DNA of 59,300 bases from Craspedostauros australis (taxonomy: Eukaryota), in NCBI GenBank assembly GCA_030167865.1, contig JALAGF010003442.1, positions 1 to 59,300 of the forward strand. The letters run 5' to 3'. A program made the position numbers and the translations under genes. Positions 35,033 to 47,315 of the stretch are shown here, piece by piece (positions within the stretch are counted from its first letter, which is position 1; every line of letters starts with the position of its first letter). The notes under the pieces were generated by a model. It was not told where the DNA came from. It worked only from the letters and a program-made list of their open reading frames with translations, and did no database searches.

Positions 35033-37046
35033 TTACGAGCCGACACCGTATTTCTCGTTGTACTTGTCGAGCTTCCGGATCTTGATCAAGTTGTAGGGTA
35101 TCCTGGTGGCGAGGAATGTGGCGGCGCCAAGAACTGCCCGGCTGATTGGCTTCGCACCACGAAGTCCTGCCGCGGAGGTCATCAAGATGATGCCACTCTG
35201 CAGCAGGACGGATAGCATGACGGCCTCATACGTGCTCTTCTGAACCAGCTTTGCGCGTTCATTTTGTCGTTCCACGTCCAACGCGCGTACACGGAGCTTG
35301 AATTCGCCCTTCTCCAATCGGTCGACGATGTCCTCGACCTTCGCTGTTCGTCGGGGCTGCGTGATCACCTGGTTGATGTCCTCAGGGCGCAGCCCGACGC
35401 GCTTGCCGATGCGAAGCAGCGTGGTCTTGAAGGCATTGCCGTCCTTCAGGTCGATGAGCTCCTTCAGGTACGGGACCATGATCTTTGTCAGATCGTACTT
35501 CGGATCCAGCGTCTTTCCGATTCCGTCCAGCGAAAACAAAGCGCGGAAGACGAATGTCCACGTGGGTGGGAACTGAAAGGGAGAGTCGCGGTTCAGGGAG
35601 AGGAACTCCTCTCCCAGCTTCTGCCGCCGGTCCCTGACGATGCGATTCTGTTCCTGTGGCGTGAGCTCGTTTTCCCACTGCGATCCTTTGTTCAGCGTTT
35701 CCTGAAATCTGTCGATGAAGTCTTGACCGACACGTTCCACGGCGATGCGATCCAAGTCGGGACCCGTGCGCAGGATTCCCATCCTCTCCAAAGCGTCGCA
35801 AGCATCCTTCACGTTGGAATCGTAGTACACAGCAAACGCCAAGTCCACGAATCCCTTCCTCTCAACCTTGCCGAACGAATCCATCATACCAAAGTCATAG
35901 AAGAGGAGGTTCGCAGATCCATCAGGCGCCCGTTCGACGGAGATGTTACCAGGGTGCGGATCGCTGTGGAAGAAACCGTGACGGCACAGCTGCTCCAGGA
36001 AGGCTTCAGCGGATTTGAGGCTGATCTCCTCGCGTTTCAACCCGAGCTCTTCGATCTTTTCCAGGTCCGTAATCTTGACACCTGGCAGAAACTCCATCGT
36101 CATCACCTTTTCGGATGTGAGGTGTGGGTACGTCTTCGGTGCCCGGATGTGCTTGAACTTGGGAGTGTCGAAATTTTGTCTTTTGATGTTGACGCGATGA
36201 CATGAGCATGGAAGCGGCAGAGAATGAAATCGTTGCAATGATGGCGCAACGACAGGGAGGCAAACAGGTGTTAGTCAAGCATGTTTGCAAAGCGGTGTCA
36301 CATATCATCAACTGCATCAAACACCATCAACACCATCGGCGGTTGCAAGATCACACCACGACGCAATACAACATAACGCACCGAAACTTGTCACAATTCT
36401 TCATCTCGTTGATGTAATCGATCTCTTCGTAGAGCAGCCGCTTGTTCTCGTTGAAGATGCTGAGCCAATCACGCTTGGTGTTCTTGTCGAGCAATCCACC
36501 TTCGGATGTGACATCCAGGGCGTCGGCAAAGACGGCCAGCTGACGCAGTTGTGCCAGATCGACCTCGAAGAGCTGACGCAGATACTGTCGCTGCACCTTG
36601 ACGGCGTAGGTTTCATCGCCCTTGGTGGCGACGTGGACCTGTCCGAGCGAAGCGGCTGCCAGGGAGTTGCGATCGAAGGTGTCGAAGAGCTCCGTGATAG
36701 GCTTTCCAAGTTCTTTCTCGATGATTTCGACTGCCAAATCACCGGAGAATGGTGGGACGTTGTCCTGCAGCAACTTCAATTGGTCGAGGTACTCCTTTGG
36801 CACGATGTCGATTCTCGTTGAGAAGAGTTGCCCGACCTGTTGTCAAATTCAAATTCAAGTGTGGGCATTGAAGTGTAACATGGATGAAATGAAAGGACGC
36901 CCGGGCGTGCGGGCGAAGTGGATCGAACCAACAGAAATAAAATGAAGAATAGGATGATGCATTGCTTGGCATTGCGTGAGATCAGAAGATGTCATGCGAC
37001 AAATGAAGCATCATACTCGTCACCCGGTCAAGTTTCTGTATGTGAT

Positions 37047-37087
<41 letters not shown>

Positions 37088-38471
37088 TCACATCAAATCG
37101 CAGAGAAGAATATTCCACTTTGCGCTGGCTGTTTTCAGCATGCAAAGGCAGCCACGAAATCCTCCCGTCAACACTCGTCAATACATCTGGATATGTTGTA
37201 ACCCATATAAAAGCATGATGCGCAGCACGCACCTTGATGAAAGTCGGTCCCAACCGAAGAAGATTCTGCGTGACTTCCGCACCCAGCTGGGATCGTTCCT
37301 CCTTGAACTGTTCCTCCGTGAGCTGACCCTTCGCATGCTGCTTGCAGATGCGACGATCCTTGAGGTAGAAGGAGGAGAAGTAGGCCCAGATCTCGGCCGA
37401 CCGTCTGAGAATCGCCCATTTCTTGCGCAGAGTGCCCTGGGCGGCAATCTGGCCGACGCGCTTCCAGCCGCTCTGCATGGCCTCGGCGTCCTGGAAGGCG
37501 GTGTCCTCGCCCTTGGCTCCCTTTCGTTTGGATTTGCGCCGGATGCGCGGCGAACGGTTGCGAATGACGGTCGCCATGCCTTGGTAGGCGTTGAGGAGCG
37601 CGATGGGCGGGTACTTGGCCTTCTTGATCCATCGATAGAGCAGGGCGACGGAGTAATAGAAGGGAGCGACGTTGAAATTCTGGATGATCTCCCTGGTTCG
37701 CAGCTTGGATGTGTGGGCAAGAGTTGAGTTTTCTCCTGCAATGACAAGATGCTGGGGTTCAATCTCCGCATCGAGGACGGCTGTTTTGCTGAGCTTCTTC
37801 TTCTTGCTGCTGCTGCTGCTGCCGCTGCTTCTGGATTCATAAAGAGGCGAGTCCGAAAATGCCCATTGCTCGAGCGGTGCCAGGAAGATGCGTTCCATTT
37901 CGGCCATGTGGCGGTTCAATTCCTCCTGCTGGGCATGCTGGATTTGGACCGTCAAATTGCCGATGTAGGTCTGAAGCTCCTGCGCTGCAGATTCTGGCAA
38001 AGTCTCGAGGCGCCCATCCATGACCTGGGTGAGGTTCTCCATCAGGTCGGCGCCGCCATCCGAGATGCAGCGGTTGATCTCATTGAGAATGTCGGAAACG
38101 TCCGTGTTGTTGTAGATGATGGAGGCATCCGAACCCTGCGCTGCCTCATGGCTTTGTGTATGGGACAGCGATTGCGTTTCGACGCCATCGATGGAAGGTG
38201 CTCCATTCACAGCCCCATTCACGGCCCCATTCACGCCGTTCGGCGCTTTGAATTCCTCACTATCCTTGGTCTTTTTGGTGTCCTTGTCCTGCTTGGTGCT
38301 GGTGGCGGCGTGCCTGCGCTGGGAGTTCTGCGTGAATGTTGTCCCTGCAAATCGTCGCGTTGCGCTTTGTGGGATGAAGGAATCAACCCCGTTGAGCAGT
38401 GTCGTTGATGTGAGTGCCAGCGACAGAACTGCGAGTAACGCTCCTGGATGCGTGGGTATAAGTAACCTCAT
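35033..38471 (-). CDS. Plastid ABC1K/UbiB atypical kinase (ABC1K7/8-like); 3 exons, ~946 aa
   Basis: Exons 38471-37233, 36836-36382 and 36179-35033 join in frame. Motifs: [62 protein letters not shown]. Signal peptide ending VDSF. Confidence 0.93.
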
Positions 38472-39268
38472 CGTTGACTATCGGAATGAGTATCTGGCTG
38501 ACTGGTTGCCTGTTTGGTTGGCAGGTTGGCCGATTGGATTGTGCGGGCAGTTGCTTACTCAGACGGAGACAAACGGAGTCAAATGGATGCGAATGATGGC
38601 AACGTTGGCTGGCTGTGCGCAGCAGTTGTGAATAATCCCTGCTGCTGACAAAGACTGATTGATGAGTCGAGTCTTCTGCGTGACGGCTGGACGCACAAGA
38701 GTCCACCAAAGTTCGCCTCTTCTTCGTTGTGATGATGCGATGAAGCGACGACGCAACCGTTCCCTTGGGTCCTACTTTTGCGGACTTTGATGGACTGCTT
38801 TCTCGGTTTTCTCACAAACAAAGTCAGCAGAAAGTGCGATGTCAGCGATCCGGTGCCAACTCAGGGTGCGTCTCGAACCTTTCGCGCTTTCGACTCTGCC
38901 GTCTTCCGCAGTCTTCTGCCTCGTCAGTTCGTCGGTTCACCGTTCTTTGGCTTTGCTCTCAGGTTGCAAGTCAGACCAATGGAGGAATGCTTCTTGGTTG
39001 ATGCAAGCAGATACTCTGCAGGTAAATGATGACTCTGGCTTTGCTTCAAAGTGAAGGGCGATCCGTGAAGAGAGATGTGGCTGATGACGTTGATGAACAC
39101 GCGAACTTGTGTTGCTATCATCGGATGGTCGATGGGCTCATCGTTCGTGTCTCTTCGCGCAAAGAGTGAAGAATCTGGTTCTGCGCCAGCACGCAGCAGC
39201 GAAAGCGCTGTGGCGTGCTCCTGTGCTCGTGACGCCGCATGATGTGTGCGTTGCAATGTTTTCGTTGA

Positions 39269-39305
39269 TTGACGTTTCCATGTTGACGTTTCCATGTTGA
39301 CGTTT
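39269..39305. promoter_or_regulatory. 14-bp tandem repeat carrying three TGACGT (bZIP-type) cores in a divergent promoter
   Basis: TTGACGTTTCCATG x2 + TTGACGTTT. The repeat is seen directly; a regulatory function is inferred. Confidence 0.4.
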
Positions 39306-39761
39306 GACAACGAACAAACGTCTTTCATTTGCCGAAGCTGACACCTGCTCGATGCTGGTTGGGCGAGAAGGAATCGTGTGACATGGTTTCATTGGTGGAA
39401 TCGCGTCTCGCGCTCCAGATTCACTCCGTCGGATCAACGGTTCAACGTGACGCCGCTAACGGGGGAGTCCGTAAATATGGGGGCGTGGAATACACTAGGG
39501 GGTTCTTCACAATCTTCCCCCAAATAGATCCGAATAAATCCAAAACGACTCTTCTTCTTTCCGAAAGATACCATCGTGACCAACACAGAAGCAACGAGAG
39601 GCAACACAAAGCAATGAAAACACACAAAAAAATAGTCGCACAAGGACACAGACGATGCACCACCCAACACCAATACCTGCAAAGCCACTTCTTACCATAC
39701 CTCGTGTTTCGCCACAACTACAGCATCCACAACATCCGCGACTGCCATCCCAACCGCCACC

Positions 39762-40664
39762 ATGAGCGCAACGACAGCCAAGCCGAGCACGACGCTGCTC
39801 CTGATCGATCTTCAGAAGGACTTCCATCCTGGCGGAAGCCTCGCCATCCCAACCGCCAACAAGGATGCCAAGCGCATAGTCGACTTCATCCGCAGCAACT
39901 CGCACAAGATCACGCGCATCGTGGCCACTTTCGATTCGCATCACAAGTTCCACATCGCCAACCCGCACTTCTGGGTCAGCGGCAAGAAGGACGATGCTGC
40001 CACCCATCCGAAACCGTTCACCATCATCACGGCCCAAAACATCAAGGACGGTGATTGGAAGCCAAACCCGTCGCTGCGAATCCCGCTGCACGCGGATGGC
40101 ATCGTGGATCCCAGAATCTTCAAGGACTTTCATCCCGATGCGTCGCCCGGTTCCTACGAATGGCTGTGCGCCTACGCCCTCGAGTACGCGCAACGCCTCG
40201 AGGCCAAAGGACGATTTCAGCTGTGCATTTGGCCCGAGCATTGTCTCATGGGGTCTCCGGGGCATGCCATCGTCGACGATGTCTTCGGCGCCTTTCAGGA
40301 ATGGTGCGCCACGACGGGCGGGACCGTGGAATGGGTGTACAAAGGTCAGAACCTGTTCACCGAAATGTACAGCGCTCTGGAGGCCGAAGTGCCCGTTTCC
40401 GAATCCAACAGCTTCAACAAGAAGCTGCAGGCCTCGTTGGCGTCGTCGGATCGGTTGTTGATTGGGGGTCAGGCCATGAGCCACTGCGTCAACTACACCA
40501 CGCGGGATATCGTGCGCCAATGGCCATCGAAGGATAAATCCAACATCATCCTTCTCACGGATTGTGGCTCCCCCGTGGTCGGCTTTGAGGCTGAAGCGGA
40601 GCAATTCAAGAAGGACATGCAGGCAGAGGGTGTCACTTTGAGCACGTCCAAGGATGCGCTCTGA
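39762..40664 (+). CDS. Nicotinamidase/isochorismatase-family cysteine hydrolase
   Basis: LLLIDLQKDF (catalytic Asp), metal ligands FDSH and WPEHC, YKGQN (Lys), AMSHCVNYT (Cys), LLTDC. Intronless. Confidence 0.9.
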   Translation: MSATTAKPSTTLLLIDLQKDFHPGGSLAIPTANKDAKRIVDFIRSNSHKITRIVATFDSHHKFHIANPHFWVSGKKDDAATHPKPFTIITAQNIKDGDWKPNPSLRIPLHADGIVDPRIFKDFHPDASPGSYEWLCAYALEYAQRLEAKGRFQLCIWPEHCLMGSPGHAIVDDVFGAFQEWCATTGGTVEWVYKGQNLFTEMYSALEAEVPVSESNSFNKKLQASLASSDRLLIGGQAMSHCVNYTTRDIVRQWPSKDKSNIILLTDCGSPVVGFEAEAEQFKKDMQAEGVTLSTSKDAL

Positions 40665-40852
40665 ACAGGAATGATACGTCCTGCGAATAGCATGGCACCA
40701 TATTCCTGGATATTTGGAGTCGATGCTGATGGACAAGTTGAACGGAAATGCAGCCAAGACTGTTACTCTATACTCGCATGTTCTACATCATGGTGCTCTC
40801 TCCAGTCTATTATATTCTATTTTAACTTGCACTTTTCATTGGGTCTGTGAGT

Positions 40853-42765
40853 TCACGCATGCTGAGACTGTTCGTGGAATGCCACAATCACATCAAAGGA
40901 TGGAATACGATGCAGCAAATGTTCCAAGGCACGATGTTTCCGATCGATCATGGTCAGATCAGGATGGGCGTGACGAACTTGAGCGATGCGCCGGCACAGC
41001 ACCGTGCTACATTCGGCCAGATCGGAGATGGCGAATTCGGTTGCGTGCTGCAGATGATCAGGCCAAATATCATTGCTTCTATTCATGTAGCGTGCGAGGA
41101 CGCAGATGCTGGCTGCGATTTGAGAATGGGAAAATGAACCCGGGATAGATGCCTGCAAGGACAACTCTGCCAGGTATACCATCACATCATAGTCACGCGA
41201 CCCTCTTTGCGTCTTCAGCATCTTCATGTACTGCAGCAGAAAGTCATCGACAGTTTGGAATCCGAGCTTCCAATTCAGTTGCTGAAGCACCAGCTGGGAT
41301 GTCTGCGAAACGTGGGATGGCGTAAACTGACGATCGGCGCAGAACGCAATATCCTTCTCGTCGATGTCGCATGCCAATGTCCTGGATGCGATGTGCAAGC
41401 AAGCACCCACCAGGAGCTGATATCGGGAAATGCTGATGCGTTTCTATCGTACAAGTTTGAGGACGAGTGCGATTGCAAGTCCAATTGCATGAAGCATGTG
41501 CGGGTCATGTGAGAAGATGGATTAAATGTCCGAGAGTGACATGGAATGTAAGCAACGAATGAGAATTGAGTCGATCAATGATTCTCCCACAAAAATGCAG
41601 CCAAAATGTGGGTATACCAAATGTGCGAAAGGCTGTGACGTACCGTGCAACTCGCAATGAATCGGTGAAACAGCGCCATGGCATGAAATGCCACTCGCTC
41701 ATCGAGTTGAAAGCACTCGCAGATCTCAACCACCCAATCCACCAAAGGCACCCAGCATTCCGTGGGGATTGCAAAGGTCGCCAACGACTCACTCGCGCGA
41801 GTCTCGCGTTCTTCCATTTTCTCCATTTCAAACATGTCATTGAGATGCTGAAGCAATGGATCCGAGGGACAGCAGTCCTCTGAAGCGTATGGCTGTTCAT
41901 TGGCTTTTGATGTGGATTGCAGGACTGCATCGGATATTGATGTTGTCATTCGGTTGCCAACTGGCATGTCCGCGTATGGATACCACCGCACAATGCAGTC
42001 GTTGCGCATCGCGATGCCGAGCATGTTCGATTTCTGTCGCGATTTCATGCAGAGAAAGTGCTCGCGTTGCTCGAAGTGTTCGTCACGTATGTCCTGCAAT
42101 ATTTGCGAGGATAGCGACGCGCGGCGAGCGATGTTCAATCTGTATCGTCTGTGGGTGGCCCGGTCTTGCACGAGGTATGAATCTGAGCACTGCCCATCCA
42201 ACGTTTTTCTACGATCATCGATGACGAGCGAATCTGCTTCGCCGGAGCTCTCGTTCTCTTTATGCATGTCACGGTGCATCCCTACAACTTTCGTATTTTC
42301 AGGCATGGCGACATGTTGCAGAAATGTGAACCCCATCAGCGAAGATATGCTGACGTTTAAGTCCAATGATGGTGACAATGGCGATGATACATCCTTCAAC
42401 GATATCACCCATGAGATGTCGTCAATTGGTCGCTTGTCAGACGCTTCACGACCTTCGCGCATTGCCGACCAGAGCGCTTGTGATTTTGCACCTGTTCGCC
42501 ATCTCCGGCAAACGGCGTTGCAACTCCGCAGCGTGGAGCCATCGTATTCTCCTTCCTTTGCGCACAGAAAGAACCCGAAGATGGATTGAAGCAGATCATC
42601 ATTCGACAGCACGCTGTGCATTGCGCATGCGCTCGTGTCGCTGCTGCTGCTGCTGCTGCTGGCGATGCTGGTGATATCGCCATTGTTGATGCTGCTTTCT
42701 GCTACCATCTCCATCGAGCATGAAGTGCTGTGATCGGCCAGACTAATCGTACCGTCCATGACCAT
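40853..42765 (-). CDS. F-box plus cyclin-box fusion protein; 2 exons, ~570 aa
   Basis: F-box-like VLSNDDLLQSIFGF...CNAVCRRWR...LW. Cyclin N box LVDWVVEICECFQL...AMALFHRF...YQLLVGACLHIAS; cyclin C box LNWKLGFQTVDDFL...YLAELSL...SQIAAS. Phase-0 intron 41643-41444 (GTACGT...TAG). Confidence 0.85.
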
Positions 42766-43374
42766 CGTCGCAATACACGTATCGACGTTCTGCGTCTTCG
42801 CTGATCAATTCAGTATCTCCAACCTGCTAAGTGTCTCACTGAATACAGTGTTATGCAATGCAATATTATACTGCAGTGAGTTGCGTTGTGATATTCCAGA
42901 GTTTCCGTGCTGTCGGTTATCGGCTGCCAGCTGTGGGCTGCAGGTTGCAGGCTGTGTGATGTGATGCGCATCGAACTGATTGAGATCAATTCCGCAGCAC
43001 CACAGCGGAGTTGAGTGAGACGGAAGAATTTGAAAATCGGATGTTCTTGTTCGCCGTTCTCGGTTTGAATTTTGAATGTTCCAGATTGACTCAGTCGACC
43101 GAAATGGACAATTCCGCTTTCTCCCACGAACAGACGTCACCACCGCAGAAAACCGAAGAAGATCTCGACCATGGCGCTATCTTTTGCGCAATTGCGGTGA
43201 TGTTGCGCAACGGCTCATTGCGCACAACGGCGACCGCAGGAAAGACAATCAACGACACAACCCTGACGAAGCAAGAGGAATACTCGTACATGTACGTGGG
43301 TGACGGATCATCCATTCCACTCGCACCCTCAACCACCGCCTGTGACACGTCCGAAGAAAGATACAAGCACTTTG

Positions 43375-44398
43375 ATGAGAGTCCAGATCGCCCTCTTTTC
43401 ACTGGCAGCAGCAACGGCAACCCGATCCATTGCGCGTGCAACCTCCGCGGCCAACGCAACGACAGCGGCCTTCGCGGGATCTGGCGTCCGCCCCAAAGCA
43501 GCATCCTCGTCAACATCGTCACTTTCTTCGTCCAACGACAATTCGCAGAACGAAATGCCGTTGATCGATCCACAGTATCCAGGCACGGCCGTGCAGCGCA
43601 TGCGTGCAGTTCGTGAACGCGTCCGCAGCTTGGGCAGTGAGGATCTGAACGGTCCGTGGGAGGAGGTGCGAAGGAAGATCCTTTGGGCTGGTGGATTGAA
43701 GGATCTGCCGCGATCTATTCCAGGACAAGGATACACGGGACACAGGTAGGTCTTGACTGATGATGGCTGAATGTGAGGATGATCCTCTACTCGCATGCGT
43801 ATTGCTTTCATGGATTTACTTACATGCATCGCGGTGCTGTTCATTTCTCTCATCTACCCGTTCCTTTATGTTTGGTGTTATACCATCAACCTGTTTCCAT
43901 GCAACACTCTAATCATACCAACTGACTCGACCATGCTCCAATGCACTTCATGAACGTAGCTTCAATGACTACAACCACGTCGATCTGACATGCATGAGAG
44001 ACGGGTCGTCCGACAATGAGAACGATGGCAGTGTGCAGGGCATCGCCCTTGGCAATGCGCTGGGCAACGGCATCCGAATCGCGTCGCTTCCCGAACTGGG
44101 ACCAGGCGGATCGTGGTCGACCTGCGCGTTGGGTTGCAACCGGGATCCACCGCAGGACGTGGCGCACATTCAGTTTCGCGCTCGCATTGCATTCAAATTA
44201 GTGTGGGTGCCGAATGCCGGGTACGACACCTTCGTGCTCGTGGATGATAACGGCGCTGAGTTGGCTCGAGGCAAACCTACGGGTCGTCTGCCGCAGATGA
44301 GAGAACGGCAGGTCAACTACAACCTTGTCAAGGGCAGCAAGTACGCGCGTGTTGTGGATGAAGTTGCCTCGTCGGCGTCGGCGCACGAAGAATTGTAG
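43375..44398 (+). CDS. Uncharacterised protein with predicted N-terminal targeting sequence; 2 exons, ~269 aa
   Basis: Phase-2 intron 43746-43959 (GTAGGT...TAG) joins YTGHS-FNDYNHVDLTC in frame. Ala/Ser/Thr-rich leader MRVQIALFSLAAATA...TAAF followed by a globular-looking core. Confidence 0.8.
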
Positions 44399-44698
44399 AG
44401 CATGGTATCCGCACCATTGTCGCACTCAACTCGCATATACATAGATTAACAGTCATGGCACAACTCTGATCGCCAGGACTCTGCTCTATTAGCATACGTA
44501 CTTGATGAATGTCAGACTGCTTGTATTTTCTTACGAAATGATACCACCCAAAAGCAAAGTCGAGTGCATCATCTCGATACAATGCCACGCAATGCGATGG
44601 CATCAGGATTCTTTTGGAGCATACTATCAAAGTTCTTTCACATCGCCACCATCCCTCTACGTGAGTTTACGAGTGCTGCTACACACTCAATTCACTCT

Positions 44699-46552
44699 CT
44701 AGCGTTTGCCCAACGCCTGTGGCGTCGACATCGACATCGACATCGACGCCGCCGGCGTAGACAAGGCCTGCGGCATGGCTGCGGTGGCGGACATCCCCAA
44801 GCTCGTGGCGACCTTATTCATCCCCGAGCGCAGCATGGACCCGACCTTGGACTGGGCGTACCCCTCCGGCGGTTGCGCACCGAACAGGAAGAAAGGACGC
44901 ACGCACTTGATGAGCTTGAGGGCCGTGGCACCCTCCGAGAGCCGCTCGGCAATGTACTCGTCGCTGGTGATCAGGCGATCCACCAGACCGTTCTTGACGG
45001 CGTCCACGCCCAGCCACACCTCGCCCGTGCCAATCTCATCGATGGTGTCCGCCAGGATGGGCCGACACGTCGCGACGTGGTTCTTGAAGGCCACGTGGGT
45101 GTCGTCGATCGAGTTCTGAATTTTCGTCTTGCCTTCTTCCGTGACCTCCCCGACGAGGCCCACCGGCGCCTTGTCCTTGCCACCGCGAAAGACGAGGGGT
45201 AGAACGCCCCAGCCTTCCAACAGCTGCTGGGCATTGAGGATTTGGGCGAACACTCCAATTGAGCCAACTACGCTGAAGGGAGCGGCGAACAAGCGACCCG
45301 GACTGGCCGTGCAGGCGATCATGTATCCTCCCGAGGCTCCGACCTTGTCCACGCAGACTGTGACGGTGATGCCCTTCACCTTGCGCAACCGCAGCAGCTG
45401 TTGGGCTGCCAGGCCGTACTCCACTGCGCTTCCGCCCGGTGATTCCAGCAACACAACCACTTCGAAGGGCAGCGCTGAGATGTCCGATGAGGATGCAGCA
45501 GTTTTCAGCAGCCGATCCTTGGTCTGCGTGGCGACAACGCGATACTCGCTGAGCAGGAAGGATATCTGATCCCGCAGCATGTCCATCTTGGTGAGCGACG
45601 AATCCAGCTTCGTCCAATCGAGGACAATGACGATATCGTCGAGATCGCTCTTCTTCTTGGGTTCCAACATTTTCGAAGGTGGAAGCGTTTTTGCGTTTGC
45701 AATTGGGTCGGAGCGAGGCCAGCTGAAGGATTCCTGAGCCGTGTGGAGCGCTTTCTGCAGGGCCAGGCCGTCCTTGAGGTAGTTCTCTTTGATGCGCTCA
45801 AAGGTGAAGTGCTGATACAGCGGTGGGATGTACGCCGGGTTGCCCATGAAACCTGGCATGAAGATGCTCAAGAAGAGCGACAGCATCGGGTTCGCCTGGA
45901 AGATAAATTGCTTGAGTCCAGTTCCTTGATTGGCCCAAGAACCAGAAACGCCGTCGTCGTCTTCCTCTTCGCCCGTCTGCTTGGAGAACCGGTTCATGAA
46001 ACTGAGCATGAAGTGCAGAAAAAGCAAGATCTTGAGCGCGCCCGTCAACGTGAGACGTTGTTCTTGCATTGTGCGGAGCAGCACGCTTGAAATCTCCCGA
46101 CGGAAGGCGTAGAGAGTCAATGTCAGGATGAGCTTTGCCTGGTTCTTCTTCACATGCGCGATCGCCTTCTTGTAGCGTTTCTTCGACTTGGCAATGGCCT
46201 TGTTGATGGCGGTCTTGCCTTGCTTGCTTTTCTTGCGTTTGCTCATCGCGTTTAGTTCTTCATCCTCCTCGTCCTCATCCTCATCCTCGTCTTCGTCATC
46301 AGTATCGCTACTATCATCATCGTCGTCGTCGTCGTCGTCATCGCCGTCAGCTGATGCTGCAGCGATGCTTCGCTCTCTTCGCGAAGGAGTGTAGTCCTTG
46401 TTCTCCACGACTAGCGATTCACGGTCAGCGTCATCATCTTGGTCTGCATCAACTGGATCCACTGGGTCTGTCGCTGCTTGTACCGCAGTTCCGTGGAACG
46501 ATGCGATCGTCACGAACGTGAGCATCCAAATGAAGAGCACACGTCGATTCAT
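44699..46552 (-). CDS. Peptidase S49 (SohB/SppA-like) with signal peptide and acidic N-terminal tract
   Basis: VVVLLESPGG...YGLAAQQL.RLR, VCVDKVGASGGYMIAC, GSIGV, TGEVWLG..A...GLVD...TSDEYI. Confidence 0.9.
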   Translation of the reverse strand: MNRRVLFIWMLTFVTIASFHGTAVQAATDPVDPVDADQDDDADRESLVVENKDYTPSRRERSIAAASADGDDDDDDDDDDSSDTDDEDEDEDEDEEDEELNAMSKRKKSKQGKTAINKAIAKSKKRYKKAIAHVKKNQAKLILTLTLYAFRREISSVLLRTMQEQRLTLTGALKILLFLHFMLSFMNRFSKQTGEEEDDDGVSGSWANQGTGLKQFIFQANPMLSLFLSIFMPGFMGNPAYIPPLYQHFTFERIKENYLKDGLALQKALHTAQESFSWPRSDPIANAKTLPPSKMLEPKKKSDLDDIVIVLDWTKLDSSLTKMDMLRDQISFLLSEYRVVATQTKDRLLKTAASSSDISALPFEVVVLLESPGGSAVEYGLAAQQLLRLRKVKGITVTVCVDKVGASGGYMIACTASPGRLFAAPFSVVGSIGVFAQILNAQQLLEGWGVLPLVFRGGKDKAPVGLVGEVTEEGKTKIQNSIDDTHVAFKNHVATCRPILADTIDEIGTGEVWLGVDAVKNGLVDRLITSDEYIAERLSEGATALKLIKCVRPFFLFGAQPPEGYAQSKVGSMLRSGMNKVATSLGMSATAAMPQALSTPAASMSMSMSTPQALGKR

Positions 46553-47315
46553 GGTGTCCGTGTTCCTTCTGCTCTTGCGTTTGTTTGTGTTTGTGTCTGT
46601 GTCTGGATTGTGAGTTCTTGGTCTCTCCCTTTTCGATTGTGGTTGTGATTGTGCTTGTGAGTCTGGCCGTGTATGATGAGTATGTCAGGAGTACGGGGGC
46701 GCCGCCATGCACCTGTGCGACACGTTTTCGTGGAAAGTATTCGCAACTGCGGTCGAGAATAGTGTCACGATTCGTCAACGTGGAAGCAGAACGGAAAGAA
46801 CAGAATCGTGAGCCTGTCTTGGCGTGTTTTTTGGTGTTGCGACACAAACCCAAAGATCTCGTGTTGGTGTCGTAATTCGGTTGCGTTCTCTCTGCTTCTT
46901 CGCGTCCGGTGGAATCAGGATCCAGCATTAGCATCCCTTCCGCATCCAGGCGGCTCTGCGAGCTACAACTCTCTACTATAGCTCGTACTCGACACGTTGG
47001 ATGCTCCACGATAAGGTAGCGAGGATAGAGAGTGGAGCAGAAACGAACCACGCTATAGCACATCTTAACATATAATATATATACATGAATACGAAGTAAG
47101 TGTTAGACTGCGTAAGTGATGACCTGAGTTTAGAATCGTGGAGTATTGTAACGTATGTCGTAGCATGTAGGAGGATGTTCGAGGTTGGTCAGAGTACCAA
47201 CACAATAGTTGTAGTATTGCAGCGAGAGCTTGGCTGTGGCGCACACGTGCAGAAGTCGCGTGCCAGGAGTGGGTGCAGCCCCACGATTGTGCCGTTCCCA
47301 CCGTTGCACGGCAGC

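Noticed and set aside
39507-40757. 416-aa ORF antisense to the nicotinamidase-like gene
   Set aside because: Shadow ORF produced by GC-rich codon bias; no recognisable motifs.
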